Assembly (NCBI RefSeq): GCF_963921235.1
Contig: NC_086108.1
Coordinates: 93,994,001 to 94,058,000, forward strand
Direction of reading: 5' to 3'
Source: Mobula hypostoma
Taxonomy: Eukaryota
Length of the DNA stretch: 64,000 nt
Shown here piece by piece: positions 1 to 12,852 of the stretch (its first letter is position 1; the number at the start of each line of letters is the position of its first letter). The position numbers were made by a program, and so were the translations under genes. The notes below the pieces were generated by a model, which saw only the letters and a program-made list of their open reading frames with translations, did no database searches and was not told the DNA's origin.

Positions 1-254
1 AATGATCTTTGCATCATCAATGGGGTCGGGAGAGGTTCCAGAGGATTGGAGGGTTGCGGATGTTGTTCCTTTATTCAAGAAAGGGAGTAGAGATAGCCTA
101 GTAAATTATAGACCAGTGAGTCTTACTTCAGTGATTGGTAAGTTGATGGAGAAGATCCTGAGAGGCAGGATTTATGAACATTTGGAGAGGCATAATATGA
201 TTAGGAATAGTCAGCATGGCTTTGTCAAAGGCAGGTCATGCCTTACAAGCCTAA
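1..254 (+). mobile_element. CR1-clade LINE ORF2 reverse transcriptase fragment (runs off window start)
   Basis: Translation GEVPEDWRVADVVPLFKKG...NYRPVSLTSVIGKLMEKIL...NSQHGFVKGRSCLTSL is the typical CR1 RT N-terminal region; truncated. Confidence 0.92.
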
Positions 255-399
255 TAGGAAGGAGACAAGTGAAGCTTGTTGAGCTGCAGAGTGAATGGAA
301 GAGGTGATAGAGTAAAACTGTGGTGACCATGGGGATAAAGTGTAATTGAGGATATCTGCTCAGTAAGTGAATGCAATGGCTTGGAGAATGAGAACGTAT

Positions 400-815
400 T
401 TCTACTGTCCGTTACGCTGCTGGCGTTGAGGGCAGCAATGAAGGTCCTCCACCTCTTGCAGTGTTCAGGGTTTCCTTCATCGTGTCAGTAGTTCAGTTTT
501 TGCTACTGTCAGTCCTGCAAGTTCTGGGTGGAGACTCGGCAATACTGTCACACTCAGATGTAGAAGGATTCTTTATTGCTGTTTCCATAACAGTTTTGGT
601 TAACCAGTCAGGGTGGTTAGCTCTGAGCTGAATCCCCAAATCTGGAGGACCGGTGGACCACTTTTAGTCTGGCCTCTACCCTTTGACCTGTTTGGCATTG
701 ATGACCCTACCAAGAGCCAAAGCATAAAGCCCTGACTCCAGCCAACATAGCTCTCCACGTCACTGAGGCATGCAAACTTCCAAACTCAATGACAAGGTTG
801 TGGTCCTTTTGGAGG
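400..815 (-). mobile_element. RTE-derived non-autonomous (bipartite 5'UTR + 3' tail) element
   Basis: Reverse complement aligns by eye over ~300 nt with 29752-30066 (ggagagctat.ttg.ctggagtcagggctttatgcttt...gccaaacaggtcaaagggtag...aagaatccttctacatctgagtg); resembles RTE/Expander 5'UTR plus RTE tail; no ORF. Confidence 0.7.
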
Positions 816-1879
816 AATGAGAACATAGGAACATAGAAACAAACAGACCAGGCCGGGCATGTCTTTCACTCCTAGAGAGAAAAAAAGGATAAAAATGAAA
901 ACAAACAAGCTGGGCCAATATCACAGATGTATAACTGATACAGACGGAAATCATGTTACCTGAAGTTGTGGAATTTGGTACTGAGTTCAGACAATCTACT
1001 TTCGCCATCACTCCCCCTTGTCTGCAACTTAAAACTTGCTTGTTTTCTTCTAAGTTTTCCTCATTCCGACACCAGATTTTTAACGTGAGAAATTACCTCA
1101 GTCCCTCTGCCTACATGTGCTGTCTGACTTTCTGAGCATTTCCAGCATTTTCTGGATTTATCCACATAATGTAAATTTGGTAAATAACTCTTTAGCTCCT
1201 AATTTTGCAGTTCAAGTTGGAACTGTGTTCCCTGTTCTTATCTCTATCTTTGTGAAGAAAATCTTCTGGAATCTATCCTAAGCTTATCTCTCTCTGGCTT
1301 GAACCTGGATCTCTCAGTTCTGCTTCTGCATTTTAAGTTACAGTGAGATTTCAGTTTAACCCTTAGCGAATACATATATTAAACAAAATCATTGTGAATT
1401 TGACTCCCTGGGCTGAGAAGTTCTGGTTTCACTTGGCTTTTTAAAAAATTTGTCTGGCTACCTGCAGGTGAATCTCATTCTTGGAATATGTGAAATAGAA
1501 GCAGGAGAGAACTAGTAGGTCTCTTGTGACTGCCCAAAGTTCAAAGTTCAAAAGTAAATTTATTATCGAAGTACATGTATGTCACCATAGATAGCCCCAA
1601 GATTCATTGTCTTGTGGACATTCACAGTAAATACAAGAAACACAATAGATTCAATGGAAGACCACATCCAACAGGAACAGACAAACAACCAGTGTGCAAA
1701 AGACAACAAACTGCGAAAGTACAAATAAATAAACATCAAGCACATGAAAGGGTCCTTGAAAGAGAATGCCATTCAGTATTCTTTTCCTTCAATGTCACTT
1801 CCCTTTCACTAACCTTTTATCTCTTGTTTCTCTTAAAATCCAACATTGGGGTCAATGTCTACTTTGAATATACTGAGTG

Positions 1880-2385
1880 ACTGGCATTGGTCAAACCACA
1901 TTTGGAGTATTGTGGGCAGTTTTCTGCCCCATATCTAAGAAAGGATGTGCTGGCTTTGAAGAGGCTCACGAGAACAATGCCAGGATTGAAAGGGTTAATG
2001 CGTGAAGCGTGCTTGATGGCTCTGCCTCCGTACTTGCTGGAGTTTAGAAAGGGTGGGGAGGAGGTATCTCATTGAAACCTACCAAATATTGGAAGGAGTG
2101 GATGTGGAGAGGATAATTCCTATAGTAGGAGAGTCTAGGACCAGAGGGCACAGTCCCAGATTAGAAGGCAAAAGAACAGAGAACAGAGATGAGCAGGAAT
2201 TTCTTTAGCCAGAAGGTGGGGAATTGATGGAATTCATGGTCACAGACAGCTGCTGAGGCTAAGCCAATGGGCATATTTCGAGCAAAGATTGATAGGTTCT
2301 TGATTAGTAAGGGTATCAAAGGTTATGGGGAGAAGGCAGAAGAATAGGGTTCTGAGGATAATAAATCAGCCATGAAGGAGATGGA
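1880..2385 (+). mobile_element. CR1 LINE 3' fragment, decayed
   Basis: VKPHLEYCGQFSAPYLRKDVLAL motif followed by the CR1 3' region with frameshifts. Confidence 0.85.
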
Positions 2386-2658
2386 CTTGTTTCTTGGGGT
2401 TATTTTGAGACACACACCACTGGGAGCATTTAATAGGAGGTGGGAGTATATCCCCACTACCACCAACACCACCTCCCCTCACCAGCAATGACAACCTCAG
2501 GAACCCTAAACACCTTCACCTCAAAGGAAATGCCTTCTTCTCATTGCAACCGCCAGGGAGGAGGACAGGAGCCTGAAGACACAAACCCAGCGATTCAGGT
2601 ACAGCTTCTTCCCCTCAGCCATCAGATTTCTGAAGGATTATGTTAAAGTAATTTTTCG

Positions 2659-2785
2659 CAGAGCTTATATAAAGTATTCACCACCACCCCCGCCCTTGGA
2701 AGTTTGGCTTCCACTGTGATTCTATGTTATAGAACAATAAAGCATGAAAACTTCCAAAGGGGGTGAATACTTTCCATAGGCACTG
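2659..2785. mobile_element. Tc1-type MITE (imperfect palindrome)
   Basis: Left end cagagcttatataaagtattcacc...cccttggaagttt and right end aaacttccaaaggggg.tgaatactttccataggcactg are degenerate inverted termini. Confidence 0.6.
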
Positions 2786-3164
2786 CAATGTACTACTGCT
2801 ACAAAACAACAAATTTCACGACATATGTCAGTAATAATCTTGACTCCGATTCAGATTAAATTGACATCATCATCGACGCAGAGGTTGTGGGGTGAAAGCC
2901 TTGTCTCTGTGCTGCACTGTTTGATGTAAATCTTAACAAACAACCTTCTGAGGATCAATGTACCACAACTGCCAAATTCTGTTATTTATTCTGCTGGCTA
3001 TACTTTAGAAAACTCTAAGATATTTGTCAGACATGATTTCCCTGTTATACAGTAAATGACTCTGGGAGGTTCTCCCCTCTCAGCTCGACCAAGCAACGAA
3101 GATCGGGATTACTGGCGATCTCTAAACGTGAACCGACCTCACTGAGGTTAGTTGTCCTCTTCCT

Positions 3165-3272
3165 CCTTCTCTTCCAGTCCTGGTGGAGGCTCTCAGCCTG
3201 AAACGCCGACTGTTTATTGCTCTCCACAGATGCTGCCTGACCTGCTGAGTTCCTCCAGCCATTTTGTGTGTG
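3165..3272 (+). mobile_element. Penelope-like pseudo-LTR fragment with degenerate hammerhead motif
   Basis: cagtc-ctggtgga-ggctctcagcct-gaaac-gcc-gactg followed by the family tail agatgctgcctgacctgctgagttcctccagc. Confidence 0.75.
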
Positions 3273-3699
3273 ACTTCACTGCGACTTTTCACTAGGCCTC
3301 ACATGGAATTGATCAAACCACAGCCTCTCCGACAGACAAGCAGCATTTTTCATCTAGAACGTGCAATTTTAAAAATGTGGTATTTCTGGTGGTTGCGCTG
3401 GTTAAAGAAGATTGCTACAGCTACACTCATTGGTGGAACAACGGCAACAGAAGCTGGGAGGACACCTGGGAGTACATCGATCCACGGCACTGATGCACCT
3501 TGAGACGAGATTGTGCTGAACTAACAAACCTCTGCTGCTACCTCACCCACATCCATCAGGTGAGCAGATTATTCACAGAGCACTCCCGAAGCAGGATTCA
3601 CCGTTGGATAAGATAAGCAAACCACAAACTCTGAACAACCTCTGCAAAAGGGAGCGCCCTCACTCCAACACCCTTCAGTTTCCTTAGACCAGCATGCCC

Positions 3700-3945
3700 A
3701 CTGGAACGTCCTGCCGCTGGCTGTAAGGGACCTGTATCTTCTCCCCATCACCGCACGGGTTTCCTCCAGGTGCTCTGGTTTCCTCCCACATGCCAAAGAT
3801 GTATGACTAGGGCTAGTAGGTCGTGGGCACGCAGAGTTGGCACTGGAAGAGTGTGGACTGCCAGGCACAATCCTCACTGACTTGAAACAAAATGATGCGT
3901 TTCATGATATGTTTGATGAACATGTGACAAATACAGCTAGTCTTT
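3700..3945 (+). mobile_element. V-SINE/HE1-like SINE (representative; related copies near 9.4-9.6, 10.4-10.6, 11.3-11.5, 12.05-12.2, 15.6-15.85, 32.4-32.55 kb)
   Basis: Core gggtttcctcc.ggtgctctggtttcctcccaca..ccaaaga recurs many times on both strands. Confidence 0.75.
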
Positions 3946-5055
3946 AAAAATCTTTAATAAATGTTACTCTAAGTGAAGAAGCCAGTTGTCCTTCTTGGCA
4001 GAGGTCACAGGGCAGATGTAAGGAAGGAAAACCTTTGCCCTGGGCCACAACAGGGGCAGTAGAAAGGTTGTGTTCAGGTCCATCCAGCCTCTGAGCCGTC
4101 TGAGTTGAACCTGCCACTGAGAACGACATCACTTGAAAGAATGGGAAGCCTTGACCTCTGGTACTTTATGGTATTTCAATATGAAAGGGCACAGAATTAC
4201 TGAATCAGTGCCAAGGATATAAGATATTACGAAGTTTGTGATATTACTCTTTAAAGTTGGTGTCAGTTTTATTGCAACAATTACTCAGCAAGTACATTTA
4301 TGCTGCTTGTAAATCCTACGTTATCACTTCGCTCATTCGTGGGCTGGCTTTTAGTAGCTTATAGCACCCAAGAACTTTACTTAGTCAGATAATAAACCGT
4401 TCCATAAAGCAAAGGGTTTATGGGTGACTACAAAGCATACTCGGTTATTGTGTCACTATATTTAGATGCTTGATCTGTATCAGTTATATGGTTGTGATTT
4501 CGCGGACTGGACTTTCCTGAGTTCACGGACTGAAAGTTGCAGTGCCTGCTGTTTATGCGCTGAACACAACAGAAATGAAAGTTGAGTGCATTCTCGAAGC
4601 AGTGCAGACGGCTCAAAGCACGCCCAGGGGAACTACGTGCACGTGCACTCAGTGGCCACTTTATTAGGTACCCCTGCACACCTGCTTATTAATATCGAAT
4701 CAGCCAATCATGTGGCAGCAACTCCATGCATTAAAGCATGCAGGCATGGTCAAGAGGTTCACTTGTTGTTCAAACCAAACATCAGAATGGGGAAGGAGTG
4801 TGATCTAAGTGACTTTGATTGTGGGATGATGGTTGTTGCCAAACAGGGTGGTTTGAGTATATCAATACCAAAGGAGCGATGCCTCAGCATTCATCATTAA
4901 GGACCCCTATCACCCAGACATGTCTTCTTGTCATTGGGAATGGCAGGGAAGAGGTACAGGAGCCTGAATGAACACACTCAATATCTTAGGACCAGCTTCG
5001 TCCCTTCTGCCATCAGATTTCCGAATGAACATTGAACCCATGAACACTACCTCAC

Positions 5056-5795
5056 TAATAAACTCTTCTCAGGCTTCCAGCCAGGGGCAGGTATCTATTA
5101 TAACCGACGTTTCAATGACAAACTCCACCATCTTCATCAGGGATGATACCTGGGCATGTCTAGTCCAGTGGTATTTATACCCCCGTAGTCCATCCCTCCT
5201 GATTGGCTAGTCATCATCCAATCAGGTTTCCACTCTCCAGCCTTGTTTACAATCCAATTCCAGTTCTTACTTAGAGTGAGATCTTCGTCTTTGTTGAAAT
5301 TCTTTTCCTCCAATCTTATTTCAATGACTTCCTTCACTAGTCGCACCAGAACCCATTGGCATGACACAGTAGTCTTGTATTGTTGAAGTCAATCCTATAG
5401 CCATTGCAAATGCAATGTTCTGCTGCCACCAGTTTCTCCGGGTAACCCAAACAGATACACCTCCTGTGCTCCTTGATGCGGGTTTCCACCGTGCGTCCCG
5501 TCTGGCTAACATACTCTGCTCTGCATTCACAGGGAATCCTGTAAACACCAGCCCAGCTGAGTCCCAGCTCATCTTTGACCCACATAAGCTGCGACTTGAG
5601 CTTCCTTACGGTTTGTGAATGGTATTAATCTGGAACTTCTTCAGGATCCTGGTGATCCTTCCAGAAACCATGGGAATATAGGGAAGACAGACGGGTTCCT
5701 CCTCGTTGTTAGGTTTCCTGGTTTTTCAGTCAGCCCCTTTAAGAGCCCGATTGATTTCATTCACCTTGTAGCCATTCTGTAGGAATGTCATGCAT
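5056..5795 (-). mobile_element. Penelope-like element (Penelope/Poseidon type): GIY-YIG endonuclease remnant plus 3' pseudo-LTR
   Basis: GVYRIPCECRAEYVSQTGRTVETRIKEH...AEHC...RLVKEVIEIRLEEKNFNKDE; frameshifted, 5'-truncated. Confidence 0.9.
5088..5152 (-). ncRNA. Minimal type-I hammerhead ribozyme motif in Penelope pseudo-LTR
   Basis: CAGGUAUC-aucc-CUGAUGA-a-GAUGGuggaguuugUCAUU-GAAAC-GUC-gguu-auaaua-GAUACCUG: intact core, stem II, 8-bp distal stem I. Confidence 0.75.
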
Positions 5796-7630
5796 AATCC
5801 ATGGACTCACAAGACTAACGGATGCCTATATATATTTTTTTTACTGTAATTCAGTTTTTATTATTATATATTGCAATGTACTGCTGCCACGTAACAACAA
5901 ATTTCACGACGTACACCAGTGACATTAAACCTGATTCTGATTCAGAAAGTGCTGATGTCCTGGGATTTTCACGGACACCAGTCCCTAGAGTTTACAGAGG
6001 ATGGTGCGAGAAACAAAACACATCCAGTGAGCGGCAGTTCTGTGGGTGAAAACGCCTTGCTAATGAGAGACGTCAGAGGAGAATGCGCAGACTGGTTCAA
6101 GCTGATGGAAAAAGGCGACAGCAACTCAAGTAACCATGTGTTACAACAGTGACGTGTGGAAGGTTACTACTGTCTGCACTACGGCTTGCAATTAATCACT
6201 GCTGGACCGGCTTCAGCAATGAACTGGCTTTGTGGCTGAGGACTCACTACCATGAACTTTAATTCTAAGTGTTATTTGTTTACTTTTTATTGCTTGCACG
6301 ATTGGTCCTTCTATTTCACACACTGGGTGTTTCATGGTCTTATTTTGATGGATTCCATTGGGTTTCTTTGTTTTGTGGCTTCCTGAAAGAAGACAGATCT
6401 CTAAGTTGTATAATGTATACACACTTTGATAATAAATGTACTCTGAACTTTGAACCTTGAACCTTGAAGTGGATAGGCTACAGCAACGGAAGACCACAAG
6501 CTCGGGTGGCCATTTTACCTAATAAAGTGACTACTAGGTGTATCTCAGCTACAAACAGGAGGCACCGACTGAATCCAATGCATTGCTTTAAGCAGGGGCA
6601 CTGGTAGTATTGCTGCTTTAAGAGTTTCTGGCACAATAGGGAGATTGCTCTCCGAATGCACCAGGTGAGCTAGTCCTATGTTTGCCCTATGTCCCTCCAG
6701 ACATTACTATCTAATACAGTACCTGTCTGCATGATTTTTTAAAAGTTGTAATTGGTCCTGCCTCTACCACTTCCTCTGGCAATTCCTTCCAAGTATCCAC
6801 TACCCCTGCTGTGGAAAATCTTGCCTGAAACCCTTGAGTCTTTAAATCTTTCTCCCCTCAACTTAAGTCTAGCTACTGTATCACTGTTCTGAAATCCCTT
6901 ACCTGGAGAAAATGACTGTGAGCCTTCACCTGATCAATGCCTTTCATGATTTTATAAATCTTTATAATGTCACCCCTCAGCTTCCTTCAATGCAAGAATA
7001 ACAGACTCAGCGAATCCAGGCTCTTGAGACCACACGACCGTAAGACATAGCAACAGAGTTAGGTCGTTCATGTGTCCTTTATCTAAGGAAGGATGTGCTG
7101 GAATTGGAGACCGTCCAGAGGAGGTTCACAAGAATTATCCCGGAATGAAAGGGTTAATGTATGAGTAGCATTTGATGGCTCTGGGACTGTACTCGCTGGA
7201 GTTTAGAAGACTTCATAGGTAGGGACTGGACAGGCTGTGAGTTATTCCTCGGAGTGTAGGAGGCTGAGGGGTGACCTTACAGAGGTATATCAAATCACGA
7301 GGGGCACAGTCACAGACTTTTTCCTTGAGTAGGGGAGTCTAAATCCAGAGGATATAGAACTAGTGTGAAAGGAATTGGATTTGTAAAAGGTTTATTATTG
7401 TCACATGTACTGAGGTACAAAGAAAACTTGTTTGAGCTTCTGGTAAGATGGCAGCGTGCTCGGACGAAGGAGGGGGAGCTGCCATCTTGGCAGAGGAGCT
7501 GGACTTGGTGCAGACTGTGTTCCTGCCTGCTACAGGAAGGCATTGAAGGCATCGGAATTGGTGTGCAAAGGTGGCGCGCAGCGTAATGGTGGGTGATTGT
7601 CTTGGATTTTTCTTTTGCAACCTCTCTCTT

Positions 7631-8075
7631 TACAGAGAAAGGTTGAACAAGTTGGATCTTTATTCTTTGGAGCATAGAAGGTTGAGGGGGGACTTGATAG
7701 AGGTGTTTAAAATTGTGAGGGGGATAGATAGAGTTGACGTGCATAGGCTTTTTCCATTGAGAGTGGGGGAGATTCAAACAAGAGGACATGAGTTGAGAGT
7801 TAAAGGGCAAAAGTTTAGGGGTAACATGAGGGGGAACTTCTTTACTCAGAGAGTGGTAGCTGTGTGGAACAAGCTTCCAGCAGAAGTGGTTGAGGCAGGT
7901 TCGATGTTGTCGTTTAAAGTTAAATTGGATAGCTATATGGACAGGAAAGGAATGGAGGGTTATGGGCTGAGTGCAGGTCGGTGGGACTAGGTGAGAGTAA
8001 GAGTTCGGCACAGACTAGAAGGGCCGAGATGGCCTGTTTCCATGCTGTAATTGTTATATGGTTATATGGTTTATT
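7631..8075 (+). mobile_element. Young CR1 LINE 3' end with (TTATATGG)-like tail
   Basis: Open frame YRERLNKLDLYSLEHRRLRGDLIEVFKI...FFTQRVVAVWNKLP; nearly identical to 53595-54170 on the opposite strand. Confidence 0.93.
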
Positions 8076-8561
8076 TGGTTATAAGTGACAGGAACAATTA
8101 CAACATTTAAAAGACTCTTAGACAGGTACATGGATAGAAATTGTTTAGAGGCATATGGGCCAGTCACAGATAAATGGGACCAGCTTGGGGTGGCATGTCA
8201 GTCTGCATGGGCCTCTCACTATGCTGTGTAAGTCTGACTGGAGGAGACAGGTCCGAGTCGCTCTGTTCCATGTACACTGACAGCACCTCAGTGAGTACGC
8301 CTGATGACGTTTAATAGAAGCCAGCTGATTGAAAGTACCTTCTAATCATACACCCACACACGTTGCTCCAACTTCAACAGCAATAACATACAGTGATCCA
8401 GTAGGCAGCATTGGCTGATAAATGAAAAGTTCAACTGTGTTTTCAGCTGATCTCACGGAGTTACTAATATATAACAGATTGTCGGGGCTTTGCGTCTGCG
8501 TTTGAACCTCAGGCAACAAATGAATCAAAATTCCCTTCTCCTGTCCAGCTCATTCCTCTGG

Positions 8562-8843
8562 TAAACATAAGAGGTTCTGCAGATGCTGGAAATCCAGAGT
8601 AACACACACAAAATGCTGGTGGAACTCAGCAGGTCGGACACTATCTATGGAGAGGAATAAATAGTCGACGTTTCAGGCCGAGACGCTTCATATAGACTCA
8701 TGAAGTCCTGATAGTCCAGATAGTCATGAAATCCAGAAAGAGGTGAAGTCCTGAGGAAGGGTCTTGGCCCGAAGCAATGACTCTTTATTCCTCTCCACAG
8801 GTGCTGTCCAACTTGCTGATTTCCTCCAGCATCCTATGTGTGT
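8562..8843. mobile_element. Penelope-like fold-back (inverted pseudo-LTR pair), both hammerhead cores damaged
   Basis: Minus-strand copy 8562-8698 and plus-strand copy 8747-8843 of the same pseudo-LTR. Confidence 0.8.
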
Positions 8844-11800
8844 CATTCCTCTGGTTTGTGCCGCATACTAGAATGTAAAATCATGTGGCCCTCCACAGTT
8901 TGTGGGTTGAGGAACTGGAGGAGGAAGCTGCTGTTAATTTTCCAGATTCTCTCGATCATCTCAGTGATGCTGATTCCTGGAACTCTTTTGAACCTGAAGC
9001 AGGTGATGAGCACAGGGTGATAAGGAGATTGTAATATAAGGCATTTAATTTAATTCTAGGCAAGGATCCTCTCGCTCGCTGCCTGGCAGATACAAACCTG
9101 GACACATTCCACCGAGAGATCCGTGGGCTGAACCAGAAAGAACTGCTTTAATACTGTCAGGTGTTCATCCAGCATTGTGCAGAGGCCGAGCTATTGCCCA
9201 ACTTCACACGTCCTCACTTCAGAGTGAACATCATTTAAACAGTTTGCGTGGTTTAATCACGTGGACGGGCTAGTGGATGTGGCCTTTGGCACACTCACAT
9301 CCATCAGTCTGGGCACTGAGTACAGAACTTGGGATGCTACATTGCATTTGTACAAGGCCCACATGAGCCACATCTACTCTGAGATACAGCACGGTAACAA
9401 GCCCTTCCAGCCCATCAAGACCGTACTATCCCATTACATCATGTGACCAATTAACCTATTAGCCCATAGGTCTTTGGAATGCGGGAGGAAACTGGGGCAA
9501 CCAGAGGAAACTTACGCAGTTACGGGGAGAGCGTACTGACTCCTTACAGACAAGTGGCAGAACTGAACCCGGGTCGCCAGCGTTGTAATAGTGTTACGCT
9601 AACCTCTATGTTACCATGACGTTTGAAGCTGCTTGTTCAGTTACATTCACCCTGCTGTCGGAAGGATGCCATTATGCTGGAAAAGATGCAGGAATCATTT
9701 CCATAGATGTTAGATTAGATTAGTCACATGTACGTTGAAACAATAAGGTCAAGAGTCCATCTTAGTGTACAAGGGAACTGTTCGGTAATCCTTCAACAGC
9801 AGGTCAGAAGCCATCCCTGAGCCCAGTGGTGTGTGCTTTCAGGTTTTTGTATCTCCTGCCTGATGGAAAGAGGGGGAAGAAAGGATGTCCAGGATGGCTG
9901 GGATCTTTGATTATTCTGTCTGCTTTATTGAGGCAGTAGAAAGTGTAGATCCCCACCATCCGGACCTTCACACAGCCACCATCGGTCAGAAGGTAGAGAC
10001 GCCAGAAGCCGCACAGCACCAGGTTCAAGAACAGCTTCTTCCCTTCAGCTATTCGTTTCTTGAGCCGATAGACGTAACTCTAATCACTAACTCAGTACAG
10101 CAACTCTAGGACCACTTTAACCACGTTCAAAGTTCAAAGTAAATGTTATTATCAAAGTTCATATATGGACCCTATACAACACTGAGGTTCATTTTCTTGT
10201 GGGCATACCCAATAAATCTGTAATAGAATCAATGAAAGACCACCCGATTAGGGCACTCAACCAGAGCACAGAGAACTACGAACTGCGCAAGTACAGAAAG
10301 GGTACATCGCACTACAGTGCACTTTGTTTTCTTTTTGTTCTGGTTGTATTTGTTTATCAACGCAGCAAGGAGTAGGCCCTTCCAGTCCTTCACGTCACAC
10401 CACCCAGCAACTCCGGATAAACCCGGTTAACCCTAAGCTAATCACGGGACAATTTACAATCACCAGTTAGCCTACCTGCTTCATCTTTAGACTGCGGGAC
10501 AAAACCAGAGCACCCAGAGAAAACCCACGCCTTCTGCAGGGAGGATGCACAAACCCCTTACAGAGCTCGGCGGAAGTGAATTCCAAACTCCAGCGCCCTA
10601 AGCCGTATGAGCGTTGTGCCAACCGCTAAGCCACCGTGCGTGTAAATTTTGTATAGTTCATGTTTCATTAATGGTTTTCTTGTGAGCACTGTGTTCCTGA
10701 TGCACCGTGCCAGCAATGCTGCTGTGGCAGGTTTTCCATTGCACCTGTGTACACACAACAATAAACTCGACTTCGACCTTGGCATTTGCAGAGCAAACTT
10801 TGTCCACCTATTGCCTCAGTCCCTAGAGCCCTGCCTCTAGTTTTTATGATAGATTTTCCCAGTGTGTACTGGGCAGCGCAGGAGAATTCCTCTGGAAAAT
10901 CATGTGGCAGCAACAATAACTCATCCTGCATCTTTCTGAAGCAGATTATGTGTCGTTTGGGTCTTATCCTCCGCTGCTCTTGTCTAGGAGTCAGCAGTAC
11001 CCAGTCTCTCCTATCTCCTCAACTCAGGCTTAGACAAGATTACCCAGTGCCTCCTCTCGTCTGTGTCAGACTTTCACCTGATTATCTGCATGTGAGGCTC
11101 CCGCAGTGCTCTTTTGTAAATTCAAGTTGTTGGTGACTAATGGCAACTGGTAGACTGTGTAAAGGAGATAAAGCGATTAGCTTTATTTGTCACTTTTACG
11201 TTGGAACATACAGTAACATGCATCGATTTTGCATCAAATCAAATCAGCAAGGATTATGCTGGGCAGCCTGAAGTGCGCCACGCTTCCCACGTCAACATAG
11301 CGTGCCCACAACTCACTAAACCCAGACAATATGTCTTTGGACTGTGGGGGGAAACCGGAGGACCCGGAGGAAACCCACGTGGTCTCAGGGAGATCGTACA
11401 AACTCCTTACAGTCAACTGCAGGAATCGAGCCCTCATCTTACGGGTGGCACTCTGCAGCGATGCGCTGACCACTACACTACTGTGGCACCCAATCAAAAG
11501 CACAGGAAATATACCCCTTACCCACGCAGCACCACCTCAGGCTGGTGGATCACGAGGAACCCTCGTGATTCACTCAATCCAAGGTGCTGTAATCAAGTGA
11601 AGTAAGTCAGAGTGTCGTGAGGACTTCAGTGGAGATGATATTCGGCTTTGGTACTGAATTTCCTTTTCAAGGACACTGTGTATTTCTTCAAGCCTATTTA
11701 TCATTCTGAGCATGCTCAGTGTCTCAGAGTGACACTAACAAAGCAGGCATTGTTTACCTTGAACTCAGCTCTACAGTTTATCATTGACACAAGGGTAAAG

Positions 11801-12329
11801 ACCCACAGTTTACACTGGGGATGAGGGTGAGGAAACTGGAAAGGCAACCAAAGTGTAAGTGCCACCAAAATGATCTCTGTGTGTGGAATTTTGATCCAAT
11901 ATGTTTGATTTCTACTAGCTGTTTACGTACCTAAAAATACAATTGGTCACATATGTCTATACATCGAAACACACAGTGAAGTGTGTCATTGGCGTCAAAT
12001 CAGTGAGGATAGTGCTGGTGGCAGCCCACAAGTATGCCACATAGCATACCTCAACCCATCCGTCTCTGGGATGTGGGAGGAAACCAGAGCACCCGGAGGA
12101 AGCCTACATGGTCACAGGGAGATTGTACAAACTTCCTACAGACAGCCAGTGAGAATCAAACCCCTGTTGCTGGTGCTGTGAAGCGACTGGGCAAATTGCT
12201 ATGCTATTGTACCTGAGTCAGCCAACCATTGTTAAGGGGACAATAAATTTGCACACCCAGTCGAGTTAAACCAAATTTGTGCAAGCAAAACTATGCAGTA
12301 AAGCTCAGGGTACTCAGTGAATGACCTGA

Positions 12330-12852
12330 TCTTAATGAAGAGCATTCTGACAGGCTGCATCGCTATCTGGTGCGGAGGGGCTACTGCACAGGACCAAAAG
12401 AAGCTGCAGAAGGTTGTAAATCTAGTCAGCTCCATCTTGGGTACTAGCCTACAAAGTACCCAGGACATCTTCAGGCACTGGTGTCTCAGAAAGACAGCAT
12501 CTATTATTAAGGACCTCCAGCACCCAGGGCATGCCCTTTTCTCACTGTCACCACCAGGTAGGAGGTACAGAAGCCTGAAGGCACACTCTCAGCGATTCAG
12601 GAACAGCTTCTTCCCCTCTGCCATCCGATTCCTAAATGGACATTAAAACCATGAACACTACTTCACTTTTAAAATATATATTATTTCTGTTTTTTTGGCA
12701 AGATTTTTAATCTATTCAGTATATGTATACTATAATTTATTTATTTATTTATTTATTATTTCTTCTTCTTCTATATTATGTGTTGCATTGAACTGCTGCT
12801 GCTAAGTTGACACATGCCGGTGATAATAAACCTGATTCTGATTCTGATTCTG
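12330..12852 (+). mobile_element. Rex1/Babar-type LINE 3' fragment (representative of the commonest LINE-tail family here)
   Basis: SILTGCIAIWCG...LQKVVN...IIKDLQHPGHALFSLSPPGRRYRSLKAHSQRFRNSFFPSAIRFLN, then aataaa and a (GATTCT)n tail. Confidence 0.85.

Larger units (their letters stand above)
4646..6540 (+). mobile_element. Non-autonomous Tc1-like transposon interrupted by nested retroelement insertions
   Basis: TIR cactcagtggccactttattaggta and reverse-complement-like end tacctaataaagtgactactaggtg|ta. Transposase N-terminus MGKECDLSDFDCGMMV..GLSIS (to ~4864) resumes as ESADVLGFSRT..VYRGWCEKQNTSSERQFCG at ~5945. Collinear with the uninterrupted copy at 43714-44285. Confidence 0.85.
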
